From Candidatus Poribacteria bacterium (GTDB lineage Bacteria > Poribacteria > WGA-4E > JAJDTR01): DNA of 64,000 nt. This document shows positions 28,838 through 38,842 of the stretch, in pieces. Where the stretch lies: assembly GCA_965222225.1 (NCBI GenBank), contig CBDCTK010000002.1:1920001-1984000 (forward strand), read 5' to 3'. Each line of letters opens with the position of its first letter. Within the stretch, counting starts at the first letter, position 1. Position numbers and translations under genes: made by a program. Under the pieces are notes generated by a model. It was not told the DNA's origin, made no database searches, and was given only the letters and a program-made list of their open reading frames with translations.

Positions 28838-31180
28838 TTAAAGACGACTGTCTCTCGGCTCCAGCCGCTGATGCGATTCCGCTTCCAATCGAATTTGCTC
28901 CCAATCCCAAAGCTGCGGAATATATTCGACATTCGCCCAAGCCTCCGCCTGATCCGCATAATGCACGCTTGCCGGATGCCCCGACGCCCCCAACGGCACA
29001 ATCCACCGAGATTTCGTCCAATCCGACGGGTCATGGATATACCGATTCACCGACATGCTCGTTGCGACAAACTCATTCTGCAGCCCGTAGCCTCCGGCGA
29101 TCGGCGTGTCCCCGTCACCGTGAGTCGAAACCGAGGGCGGATCCAAGCCTTCGGCAGATTCCGGAAATACCGCCGACAACGGGTGACGCGGATCCGTACG
29201 GTGCATCCGCCCCCACCGCCATTGGGACATATCCTCCCCCAGCATATCCCTTAGTTCCCCGACCGCGCGACTGAGACTCCCAGCCAGCAACTCCTCCCAG
29301 CCGGTTTCGGGAGGCAACATGGACGCATCGCCCCGTCCAAGCCCCAGCGTCATCTGCTCGACGATTTGACGAAGGACGGTCGTGCTGCCGGCAGCTTCCG
29401 AGAGTACCTCCGACGCAAAATCCCCCAACAGATGCTCGACGACCCGGCGGATGAGGTGCACCTTTGTCTTGGCGTAGATGAGCGGCTGCGCCAAATCGCG
29501 ATCAATGCGGAAATCCCATTCCCGCATCAAAGCGAGCGCAGCCTCCGACTCTGCGTCAAGCGGCTCAACGCCGATCAATGCCCGCGTAAAGACTCGCGCC
29601 GGCTCGGAGATTCTGTCGGCGTGGATGCGCGCCATGTCGCTCACCGTCGCCGTCTTCGGTTCAAGTGCGAGGATGCCCGCTTGCACCCGCCGCGCGCGGT
29701 GTTCCGGAGTGAAACACAACCCCACATAGTAGGGGTAATCGTGCCCCGCCACGCGCTGATTGCAGGTGACCGCATACCCCGCCTCCGGGTTGATGGCTTT
29801 GGGCAATTCGTTGTGCGGAATGTAGCCGTCCCATTCGTACTCGCCCGTCCAACCGGGCACCGCACGCCATCCGTTCGCCTCCCCCCGAATCGGAATCTTG
29901 CCCGCGTGGATATAGCCGAAGTTCCCGTCTACATCAGCCACCGCATAATTGTTGACGCGGTCCGTCCAATGCCGAAAGGCTTCGTGCAAATCGGCGACCG
30001 ATCGACTTTTCATGGCATCGAGCGCGGCGTCCACCCAATACGACCCGTCAATCAGTCCGGGGTCGCTGATTGCCACGCCGACGCCCGTCGCCGGATCACC
30101 CGCAATCACGGGCCCATGATGTGTGATCGTCACCTCAAGCTCTACCGAATCCCCTCCGCGTGCATCAATCGTCTCGTTCAGCACCTCCGCCTCGCGCCAT
30201 TCATCCTTGAACCGATACTCGCGTCCGTCCGGTGTTTCCCGGAACTGTTCGATGAACAAATCCTGTGTATCCGCGCTGCCATAGGTCATCCCCCACGCCA
30301 CATGGTCGTTGTGACAAAAGTGGAGAGCGCCCGGCATCCCCGGCACCGAATGCCCAATAACCGAGAATTCGGGGCACGAGAGGTGAATCTGATAGTAGAC
30401 GCTCGGCGTGTCCAGCGCACGGTGCGAGTCGCCCGCAACCAGCGGCAATCCCGACGCCGTCAGCTCCCCGGAGATCGACCACGCATTCGATCCGAAATCG
30501 GTCTCATTCAGCCAGTTCACCTCTTCCGCGGCTCTCGTGAGTTCCTCAAGTCCGTTCAGCGGTGCGCCTTCATACACGGCGCCCGGAGGCACCGTGAGCA
30601 GGTGTCCGGCGGGATAGCCCTTGATTAGACTCGCCGCCCTCTCCCCGCCAACCGCAATCGCCAGCCTCGTCATGAACAGCTTCGGCTCGAATGTGCCCAA
30701 TAGCGTGTTGCGCATCTTGTAGACGGCGAGGCAGTGCCAATTCTCCCACCGTTCCGGCCGCTCGTCCAAGAGTTTGTACTCAATCGGGATGGTCCTTGTC
30801 GTATCAATAAAGGCGTTCACGCCAGCCGTATAAGCATCGACCATAGACTTTGCGGCGGGACTGGCAAGCTTGCAATCCAGTTTCGCCGTGCGTCCCATGC
30901 CCGCCGCCCGCAGCAGACGGTCTCTCTCAACCCCGCTCGCTCCGGAGAATTCCGACCATCTTCCGAGCGCTTGGTGCCGGTCAAAATCCATGTGCCACAG
31001 CCGATCTTGGGCGGTCGCGAACCCTTGCGCGAAGAACAGATCCGCCTCGTTCTCGGCTCGAATATGGGGAATCCCCCACCGATCTCGGTACACCTCCACA
31101 GCCGCGCCGAGTTCGGGCAGCCGCATCGTCGTGGTGAGTTCGGGCAGTGCGGATTTGAAGTCGTTCTCGGTAATCTTCAT
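28838..31180 (-). CDS. Penicillin acylase-family Ntn hydrolase
   Basis: RDRWGIPHI, AQGFATAQDRLW, GSNAW (Ser nucleophile) and GASGHPASVHYADQ motifs. Confidence 0.9.
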   Translation of the reverse strand: MKITENDFKSALPELTTTMRLPELGAAVEVYRDRWGIPHIRAENEADLFFAQGFATAQDRLWHMDFDRHQALGRWSEFSGASGVERDRLLRAAGMGRTAKLDCKLASPAAKSMVDAYTAGVNAFIDTTRTIPIEYKLLDERPERWENWHCLAVYKMRNTLLGTFEPKLFMTRLAIAVGGERAASLIKGYPAGHLLTVPPGAVYEGAPLNGLEELTRAAEEVNWLNETDFGSNAWSISGELTASGLPLVAGDSHRALDTPSVYYQIHLSCPEFSVIGHSVPGMPGALHFCHNDHVAWGMTYGSADTQDLFIEQFRETPDGREYRFKDEWREAEVLNETIDARGGDSVELEVTITHHGPVIAGDPATGVGVAISDPGLIDGSYWVDAALDAMKSRSVADLHEAFRHWTDRVNNYAVADVDGNFGYIHAGKIPIRGEANGWRAVPGWTGEYEWDGYIPHNELPKAINPEAGYAVTCNQRVAGHDYPYYVGLCFTPEHRARRVQAGILALEPKTATVSDMARIHADRISEPARVFTRALIGVEPLDAESEAALALMREWDFRIDRDLAQPLIYAKTKVHLIRRVVEHLLGDFASEVLSEAAGSTTVLRQIVEQMTLGLGRGDASMLPPETGWEELLAGSLSRAVGELRDMLGEDMSQWRWGRMHRTDPRHPLSAVFPESAEGLDPPSVSTHGDGDTPIAGGYGLQNEFVATSMSVNRYIHDPSDWTKSRWIVPLGASGHPASVHYADQAEAWANVEYIPQLWDWEQIRLEAESHQRLEPRDSRL

Positions 31181-31328
31181 GTGCGTTGTCCTTAGTTCGA
31201 ATGTCAGGAGCTAAAGTTCCAGTCTACAGGAGCGATGGAAAATAGAGTTCGGGTCTCGGTTCCTGGCGATGATGGGCAATAAGAGAAGAACTCGGCGATT
31301 CGATAACGGATTTCTCTCGCAGGTCTTG

Positions 31329-31358
31329 CTATCGCCCTCGCTATTCACTCGGTTGATC
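31329..31358 (-). mobile_element. GA-hairpin mini-element at the breakpoint of a gene fragment
   Basis: Minus strand gatcaa-cc-ga-gt-gaata-gc-ga-gg-gcgatag. Confidence 0.8.
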
Positions 31359-31470
31359 CCCATCGATCCCGGTACACGTCGACAGCCTCTCCGAGTTCGG
31401 GCAGCCGCATCGTCGTGGTGAGGTCCGGCAGTGCGGATTTGAAGTCGTTTTCGGTAATCTTCATTTCCAT
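31359..31470 (-). pseudogene. Duplicate of the first about 35 codons of the penicillin acylase gene
   Basis: MKITENDFKSALPDLTTTMRLPELGEAVDVYRDRWG, then the mini-element. Confidence 0.85.
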
Positions 31471-31511
31471 TGTCCGTATATCATGCATTCTAAAGTACGT
31501 TTGTAGGGTGG

Positions 31512-31774
31512 GATCAAAGGAACGGATAGTGACTGCGATAGAGTTCCCCTGCCCACCATTTCTTTTAGGATACGATTGTAGATTGTCAAATCCCCGATTT
31601 TCCCTCTTACTGGAATTAGACAAACGAATAATGAATGCTATAGACCTCTTAGAGAGTTCCCACTAGCACCGTAGGCGGGGCATCTTGCCCCGCCCACAGC
31701 TAACCTGTAGGAGCGAGTTCCACTCGCGACTCTGTAGGATTAAACGAGCGAATAGCGAGTGCGATGGAGATCCC
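31512..31774 (+). mobile_element. GA-hairpin mini-elements (31512-31548 in REP GTAGGGTGGGCACTGCCCACC; degenerate 31614-31648; 31738-31774)
   Basis: gatcaa-ag-ga-ac-ggata-gt-ga-ct-gcgatag-agttccc; gattaa-ac-ga-gc-gaata-gc-ga-gt-gcgatgg-agatccc. Confidence 0.75.
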
Positions 31775-32024
31775 GCTGCCCCACATTGGAAAGACTTCAT
31801 TACCCTAAGTTGCCATCTTTGTAGCACGATCTGTTAGATTGTGCATGTGATACGCAAACTGACACATTGCGCGACTACATCTACACAATTAATCGTCTAT
31901 GTTCAATAAAAATTGATGGGGATTGTCTATATTCTTCTAAGTAACAACTTGGGTCAATTAACAAAATTCGCCATCCGTGTAGCACAATCTGTTAGATTGT
32001 GCTTGCCATGCGCAAACTGACGGC

Positions 32025-32876
32025 TCAGTTTCCAGTGACGGGAGGAGTGAATCCCCACAGGAGCACCGTCCCGTCCAGGCTCCCACTGGCAAGCGCGCTG
32101 CCATTTGAGCTGAACGCTACGCTTTCGACTGCAGCCGTATGCCCGGTGAGTGTGCGCAGATGTTCCCCCGATGTCGCATCCCACAGTCGCGCCGTCTTAT
32201 CCGAACTCGCGCTGGCGAGTGCGCTGCCATCCGGGCTAAACGCTACGCTTGAGACCCCCGACCTATGACCGGTGAGCCTACGCTGGTGTCGCCCCGTTTC
32301 CGCATCCCACAACCGCACCGTCTTGTCCGAACTTCCACTGGCAAGCGCCCTGCCATCCGGGCTGAACGCTACGCTATTGACTCGAGACTTATGCCCGGTG
32401 AGTGTGCGCAGATGTTCCCCCGATGTCGCATCCCACAACCGCACCGTCTTGTCCCAACTTCCACTGACAAGTGTGCTGCCATCTGGACTGAGCGCTACGC
32501 TAATGACCCGATTCGTATGCCCGGTGAGTGTGCGCTGATGTTCCCCTGTCTCCGCATCCCACAGCCGCACCGTCTTGTCCGAACTTCCACTGGCAAGCGC
32601 CCTGCCATCCGGGCTGAACGCTACGCATTCGACTTGAGCCGTATGACCGGTGAGCAGGGCGACCCCTTGAAGCGTCGCCGTATCGTAGAGCCAAATACCG
32701 ATAGAACCGGCGACGGCAAGCCGAGTGCCGTCCGAGGAATAGGTTATGTCATTTATCGTGCCTTTACCCAGTCGCGATTTAGCGCCTTCGGGTAATCCCC
32801 ATTGCGTGTAGTCTTGGGCGGGGGTGTTGCATCCTAGCACAGCCAGAAGAAGAAGCAATGTAACGGTGAATTTCAT
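32025..32876 (-). CDS. Short WD40-repeat protein, possible lipoprotein
   Basis: Signal peptide ending VLGC; five near-identical WD40 repeats. Confidence 0.8.
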   Translation of the reverse strand: MKFTVTLLLLLAVLGCNTPAQDYTQWGLPEGAKSRLGKGTINDITYSSDGTRLAVAGSIGIWLYDTATLQGVALLTGHTAQVECVAFSPDGRALASGSSDKTVRLWDAETGEHQRTLTGHTNRVISVALSPDGSTLVSGSWDKTVRLWDATSGEHLRTLTGHKSRVNSVAFSPDGRALASGSSDKTVRLWDAETGRHQRRLTGHRSGVSSVAFSPDGSALASASSDKTARLWDATSGEHLRTLTGHTAAVESVAFSSNGSALASGSLDGTVLLWGFTPPVTGN

Positions 32877-33131
32877 TTGAGGTACCGCCTTTCTGAGTTA
32901 GTTGCCATCCGTTTGATTTGATGATTGTAAAAGGAGAAGAAATCCGCGCGGGCTGTGTCTCCCTAAGCGATTGCAGATCTCATGGATGATAAGCGATTCA
33001 TCTTACTTTGACGAATAAAATCGTGTGCGATGAAGCGTTGGGTTTCACTTCAATCTCGGCAGTATTATGCGAACTGAAAGGCCCCAAGCCCTCCTGGGTG
33101 TGATTTCTCATGGATTTCGTTTCAACCCGAC

Positions 33132-33494
33132 CTACGCACTGAAAGTTCCGTTTCCGGTGGCGGGAGGGGTGAATCCCCACAGCAGCACCGTCCCGTCATG
33201 ACTCCCACTGACATGTGTGCTGGCATCCGGGCTGAACGCCACACATTCGACTGGCCCCGTGTGGCCGGTGAGCAGGGCAATCTCTTGAAACGTCGCCGTA
33301 TCATAGATCCAAATACCGATAGAACCGGCGACGGCAAGCCGAGTGCCGTCCGGGGAATACGTGATGTCATTTATAGTGCCTTTGCCCAAGCGCGCCTTAG
33401 CGCCTTCCGGTAACCCCAATTTCGTGTAGTCTTGGGCGGGGCTACTGCATAGGAACAACCGCAATAGAGCAAGTGAGACCTCTGTAGAGTTCAT
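33132..33494 (-). pseudogene. Internally deleted WD40 paralog (single repeat left)
   Basis: Same N- and C-terminal segments as 32025-32876 with the intervening repeats missing. Confidence 0.6.
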
Positions 33495-33720
33495 CGGAAG
33501 TACGGCCTTTCTGAGTTAGTTGCTATCCGATTGATTTAATAAATCGCGGATTCCACAGGGGGAATTGGAATTCTTTCAAAACAGCGTCTTCTTACGGAGA
33601 CAACGCAGGACGAGTTAAGCAATCGTGGGCGGCAAAAAAAAATGTGTGAGTCATTCCTTGAATCACGCCCCATTGATTGGATGATTGAAAATCGTTCAAC
33701 CCAACGTGCGCACCAACAAC

Positions 33721-35537
33721 TCAGCGCCCTGTGGCGAAAGAGGTGAAATCCCACAGCAGCACTGTTCCGTCCGAACTCCCACTGGCAAGCGTCTTTCCAT
33801 CCGGGCTGAACGCTAAGCTATTTACTGGATCTGTATGCCCGAGGAGTGTGCGCTGATGTTCTCCCGTTTTAGCATCCCACAGTTGCACTGTCTTGTCCAA
33901 ACTTCCAATGACAAGCGTTCTGCCGTCTGGACTGAAGACTGCGCTCAAGACCGCACCAGTATTTACTGCCAGCGTGTGAAGATGATTCCCCGTAACGGCA
34001 TCCCACAGTTGTACGGTCTCATCGCTACTTCCACTTGCAAGCCTTTTTGCGTCTGGACTGAACGCTACGCTATAGATTGCCCTCGTATGCCCGGTGAGTA
34101 TGTGCAGATGTTCCCCAGTGACAGCATCCCAAACTCGTACCGTAATGTCCTCGCGCCGGTCCCAGGACCCGCTGGCACTAGCAAGCATCTTTCATCCGGG
34201 CTGAACGCTAAGCTATTTACTGAATCTGTATGCCCGAGGAGTGTCCAGAGATGTGTCCCCGTTTTTGCGTCCCACAGTCGAACTGTCGTGTCATCACTCC
34301 CACTAGCAATCGTCTTTCTATCTGAACTGAACGCTATGTCATTAACTGAACCCAAATGCCCATGGAGCGTCCGCACACGTTCTCCCGTGTTGGCATTCCA
34401 CAGTCGCACGGTGTCATCATAACACCCACTGCTGGCAAGCCACTTTCCATCCGGGCTGAACGCTACGCTACGAACTGGACTGAACACTGGGCTCCTAATC
34501 GAATTCGTATTATCGTCGAGTGCGCGCACTCGCTCTCCCGTATTGGTATTCCACAGTCGCACTGTGCCATCATCACTCCCGCTGGCAAGCGTCTTTCCAT
34601 CTGGGCTGAATGCCACGCTATTGACAGAACGCGTCTGCTCGGAGAGCGTCCGTGGGGGTCCTGCTGGTCTGACATCCCACAGTTGTATCAAATTAGGCGG
34701 ACTCGCACTAGCTTCCCACAGTCCCAACCTTCCGCGGCTGCCCCCACTGGCGAGCCACTTGCCATCCGGGCTGAACGCGACGCTATAGACCACATTGTTA
34801 TGTCTAGTAAGTGTCTCCAGATGTGTCCCAGCGACGGTATCCCACAGTCGGACTGACTTGTCCCTACTGCTACTGGCAAGCCTTTTTCCGTCCGCGCTGA
34901 ACGCTATGCTATTGACGTAATCCGAATGCGCGACAAGCATGCGGTGATACCTTCCCGTTTCCGCTTCCCACAGTCGTATCGTATTGTCCTGACCCGCACT
35001 AGCAAGTTTGCTGCTGTCCGGGCTGAATGCTACGCATTCGACCGCAAATGTGCCGCAGTTTAGCGTTCGCAGACATTCCCCAGTTTTGGCATCCCATTGT
35101 CGAACTGTGCCATCATCACTCCCACTAGCAAGCATCTTGCCATCCGAACTGAACGCTACATCCCAAACGATACCCGTATGCCCGGAAAGTGATCGTTCAT
35201 GGTCCCCAATTCTGGTGTCCCATAGTCGAACTGTTCCATCAGCACGCCCACTGGCGAGTGTCCCATCCGTGTTAAATGTCACGCATAGGTCCGCGCCAGA
35301 CATCTTCCCGGTTAGCAGGGCTACCGCTTGATGCGAATTTGTATCATAGAGCCAAATTCCGATAGAACTAGCGACAGCGATCCGTGTGCCGTCCGGTGAA
35401 TAAGTGATGTCACTTATCGTGCCTTTACCCAAGCGCGCCTTGACGCCTTCGGGCAACCCCCACTGCATATAATCTTGGGAGGAGGTACTGCATAGAAACA
35501 GCGGCAAGAGTGTAAGTGAGGTCTCTTTAGTGTTCAT
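33721..35537 (-). pseudogene. WD40-repeat protein with a frameshift near 34190
   Basis: ORFs 34065-35537 and 33721-34188 join as AFSPD(G)KMLASASG. Confidence 0.7.
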
Positions 35538-35584
35538 CTGAAGTACGACCTTTCTGAGGAAGTTGCCGTCCGATTGATATGATA

Positions 35585-36628
35585 TAGGAGTTACGCAGTT
35601 GGCTGAAGCGTATAAAGAGGTTGTGCCAAATAAGCCCGTACCGCATCTCTGACAATAGAGAGTTTTGCATCAAACCAACTGATACCGGTATGATAGCAAT
35701 AGTGCTCAATTCTCAGAAAGGCTCTCAGCGCTAAACCGATATGATTTCTTTGAGTGCGAGCAGAGCGCACTTGTGCGCGTTCAATGCCAACAAATTGCTT
35801 AATCCCGCGATGATATTCTTCTATTGTCCAAGACCATTCGGCATATTTGAGACGCGTCAATTCGTCCATCTGTAAATCATTCGTTGCCCAATATTCAATG
35901 TCACCTTCTGGAGTGTCAACCTTAAATACTCGAATCAATCCATAGCCTTTGAGATGGACAATTGTACCTGTTGATTCACTCGGAAGCGTACTCACCGGAC
36001 GGTTACCGGAATAATCTTTACTGACAAGTCGGTTGGCAGCTAGACGAGTAAGCCACTTCCAACCATGACCTCGCACCGCTTTTAGATTCTTTAGACTGGC
36101 ATACCAACTATCAAAACACACACATTCAGGAGCAAAACCGCGTGTTTTCGCTTCTTCAAGCATGGCGCGGAAATGCTCATTCTTCGTCAAGCCGTCTTTG
36201 GCTTTATCATAGATTCGATAATCACACGGAATATGTCTATCGCCATCCGTCCAGAGCAAAGTGACCAAGTTAATCCCATTCACAACTCGGTGGTGTTTCC
36301 CTGACCAGTGTTTTGTCACGAGTTCAATCTTTTGTGAATAAGGTTTATCCAGAGTCGAGTCATCTATAACTAAAATTCCGGATTCTAATTTCACCTGATT
36401 TCTCGATTCTTGCCACAGTTTGCCAGTATCGGGTTCCTCTCGATGCAAGAGCCGTGTTATCGAATCGTGAGCCGGAGGATTATCAGCTTGGGGTTGAACT
36501 TTTTCCGATTCAAGACAACTGTAACTTTTCTGAGCGGCTACCAAGAAATCAATATAGTCAGTGTCAGTATATTTAGGGGGATTCATACTCAAATTATAAC
36601 CTATTTTCACTCAACTGCGTAACTCCTA
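35585..36628 (-). mobile_element. IS701-family insertion sequence, copy 1 (1044 bp)
   Basis: 17-bp TIR TAGGAGTTACGCAGTTG; flanking direct repeat ATGATA; same transposase as copy 2. Confidence 0.9.
35591..36610 (-). CDS. IS701-family DDE transposase
   Basis: LVIDDSTLDK, FDSWYAS and WTIEEYHRGIKQ motifs. Confidence 0.85.
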   Translation of the reverse strand: MKIGYNLSMNPPKYTDTDYIDFLVAAQKSYSCLESEKVQPQADNPPAHDSITRLLHREEPDTGKLWQESRNQVKLESGILVIDDSTLDKPYSQKIELVTKHWSGKHHRVVNGINLVTLLWTDGDRHIPCDYRIYDKAKDGLTKNEHFRAMLEEAKTRGFAPECVCFDSWYASLKNLKAVRGHGWKWLTRLAANRLVSKDYSGNRPVSTLPSESTGTIVHLKGYGLIRVFKVDTPEGDIEYWATNDLQMDELTRLKYAEWSWTIEEYHRGIKQFVGIERAQVRSARTQRNHIGLALRAFLRIEHYCYHTGISWFDAKLSIVRDAVRAYLAQPLYTLQPTA

Positions 36629-36678
36629 ATGATAATCGCAGATCCTATAGGCGTAATGGAATACTTTAAAAGGCTGGG

Positions 36679-36714
36679 AGGATTTCTATCGCACTTGTTA
36701 TTCACTCGCTTGAT
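36679..36714 (-). mobile_element. GA-hairpin mini-element
   Basis: Minus strand gatcaa-gc-ga-gt-gaata-ac-aa-gt-gcgatag-aaatcct. Confidence 0.8.
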
Positions 36715-36788
36715 CGCAATAAGAGGGAAATCGGCGATTCGCCGATCGCCGATCGCAGCCTACAGAATGGGGGAACGTGAAGATTATA

Positions 36789-38114
36789 CTAACCTAGGCG
36801 GACGCAGAGAAACGGAATCAACATCTCGTCCGGCGTCAAACCGCCGTGCTTGCCGCCGGTATAATACGGCTTCTCTTTGACAGACGAGTAGAAGGCGTAG
36901 TTGTCACGCATGATGGCGACGAGGTTGCCCATTCGATCGGGCACCTCCGGATGCACGTCCCCGTATCCCCACAGCCCGGAACTCAGCGCCTTCGACGAGG
37001 GAATGGTGACAAGCTGATCAGAGAGCTGATCCTGCAGGTAGGAGCGCAGCGCCTCGAGCTTGCCCTGCTTGGCGTATAGGTACGCCGCCCGAAAATCCCC
37101 CGTTGGCGGCAATAGGAGATTGTCCTTGATTTTCGCGTGTCGATCGACCCGCACCAGTTTGTTGTCGGGCACCGTCACTTGGCCGTGGTCGGCAGTCAAA
37201 ATGAGAAGTGTGGTTCCCGAGATCTGGGAGTCGACGCAATTGATGAATTCGCGCTCGAGGGAATACGAAAGATTCCGCACCTCCGCCGCAAACGCCTCGC
37301 TGTTCGCGCCGTAGGCATGAGAGATTGAGTCGATCGCATCCCAATAGACCAGAATACACGTCCGTTCATCGGGCTTCTCTTTTACCAATCTTCGTAGCGT
37401 CACGAACATGTCCGAAGAGTTCACAAATCCGTGCACCTTCTTTGAACCGTTGTAAAACATCTTGGACAGAGGGCTTTCCTTATAGATGCTCTTGATGAGC
37501 ACATACGAATCAATACCCGCGTTTGTCAGGCGTTGGTTTAGTGTCTCGGCTCGGAGAAACTGTTTAGGCTCAAGTCCCATCCGCAGCAGACGCTCGTGCT
37601 CGCCGTCATAAATCGGCGTAAACCCGATCATATCGGCGACGGTCGCGTACTCCCTGAGGAAAAGGCGATAGCCGAGCATGCCGTGTTCTTGGGGAGTTAA
37701 ACCGGTGCTAAGGCTTGTCAGCGCCGCCGCCGTTGTGGATGGGAAAATTGAGGTGAGGGGGGCGAATCGACCGCGGCTGATGAGTTCGTTGAGAATCAGG
37801 TTGGGTTCGGATCTTAACACCGCCCGAAGTTGATTGTATCCCAAGGCGTCGACGATGAACAAAATCACCTTCCGCACCCCTTCCGTTTGCCCTTCGGTCA
37901 AGTCGTCGGGCAAGGGGGCATGATGCGGGATGCGGATGTTGAAAAGCTTCAGCAGCGTGGCGGGAATGTTGACTAACGAAAGGTCGGAATAGGCGGGGTA
38001 GATGAATTCGCCGGGGCGTAGCCCTTGATTTATCTGTTTGATACTTCTGCTGCGGATCCGAGCTTCAATCCGATCGGCTAATGTTTGAGGCACTGCGGAA
38101 TCCCGATTTGCCAT
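36789..38114 (-). CDS. Alkaline phosphatase superfamily / type I phosphodiesterase-nucleotide pyrophosphatase
   Basis: IVDALG, FPSTT, DSISH, TADHG and GKHGG motifs. Confidence 0.85.
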   Translation of the reverse strand: MANRDSAVPQTLADRIEARIRSRSIKQINQGLRPGEFIYPAYSDLSLVNIPATLLKLFNIRIPHHAPLPDDLTEGQTEGVRKVILFIVDALGYNQLRAVLRSEPNLILNELISRGRFAPLTSIFPSTTAAALTSLSTGLTPQEHGMLGYRLFLREYATVADMIGFTPIYDGEHERLLRMGLEPKQFLRAETLNQRLTNAGIDSYVLIKSIYKESPLSKMFYNGSKKVHGFVNSSDMFVTLRRLVKEKPDERTCILVYWDAIDSISHAYGANSEAFAAEVRNLSYSLEREFINCVDSQISGTTLLILTADHGQVTVPDNKLVRVDRHAKIKDNLLLPPTGDFRAAYLYAKQGKLEALRSYLQDQLSDQLVTIPSSKALSSGLWGYGDVHPEVPDRMGNLVAIMRDNYAFYSSVKEKPYYTGGKHGGLTPDEMLIPFLCVRLG

Positions 38115-38195
38115 ATAACGGGTATTCTCCTATCCAGACACATTCTTATCGGCTACAACTCCGATCCCTGCTAGTCTGTGCAGGGCTGTTGAGGA

Positions 38196-38693
38196 TCAAG
38201 AACAGGTGCCGATGATCAGAACGGCGGCTGGTAATGACGTGGCTTGCGCTTTTTGAAATGCACCGCTGATGGAATGGATATCGTCATCGGTTTCGATGAT
38301 GTTGTAGGGGAATCCCCACGCTTTGAGCGTAGGTTCCAGAAATGTCGCCGCGGAATCGGCGTGGAGTCTGCTCCCAGGCTGAAGTGTCTGATACCCGCGA
38401 TAACCGATAAGCGTTACCAACGGGATTTCCATATTGACGGCGGTGCCTCGGATGGCATCTCCGGATTCCAAGAAACCCGTGTTCTGGATGAGCACCACCG
38501 GCTGCTTGCCGCCGACATACAACCCGGACGCAATGGCGAACGCCTCGCCCTCGCGGGTGACGCTGATAACATCGATTTCCGGCTCGCCGCGAAGTTTTTC
38601 GTAGAGCTTCGCCGACCCGTTATCCGGAAGTCCAATCACATGGGTAACGTCCCATTTCTTTAATTCGTCAATAATCTTCTGCGCTGATGGCAA
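38196..38693 (-). CDS. TPP-binding N-terminal domain protein (sulfopyruvate/phosphonopyruvate decarboxylase alpha, ComD-like)
   Basis: GLPD, TREGEA, IQNTG and IGYRG motifs. Confidence 0.75.
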   Translation of the reverse strand: MPSAQKIIDELKKWDVTHVIGLPDNGSAKLYEKLRGEPEIDVISVTREGEAFAIASGLYVGGKQPVVLIQNTGFLESGDAIRGTAVNMEIPLVTLIGYRGYQTLQPGSRLHADSAATFLEPTLKAWGFPYNIIETDDDIHSISGAFQKAQATSLPAAVLIIGTCS

Positions 38694-38752
38694 ATCGTAT
38701 CCCTCCTCATCTCGTCAGGAATGGCAATGCGTGTTTGTAGGGTGCGCATTGC

Positions 38753-38789
38753 GATTAAGCGAGTGGATAACGAGTGCGATAGCGATCCT
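38753..38789 (+). mobile_element. GA-hairpin mini-element interrupting REP GTAGGGTGCGCATTGCG(C)ACC
   Basis: ttgcg|attaa-gc-ga-gt-ggata-ac-ga-gt-gcgatag-cgatcct|ataccagcc. Confidence 0.85.
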
Positions 38790-38842
38790 ATACCAGCCTT
38801 TGAATGTGCCACTCATCACTAGCCACTCGCCACTGTCGTTCC

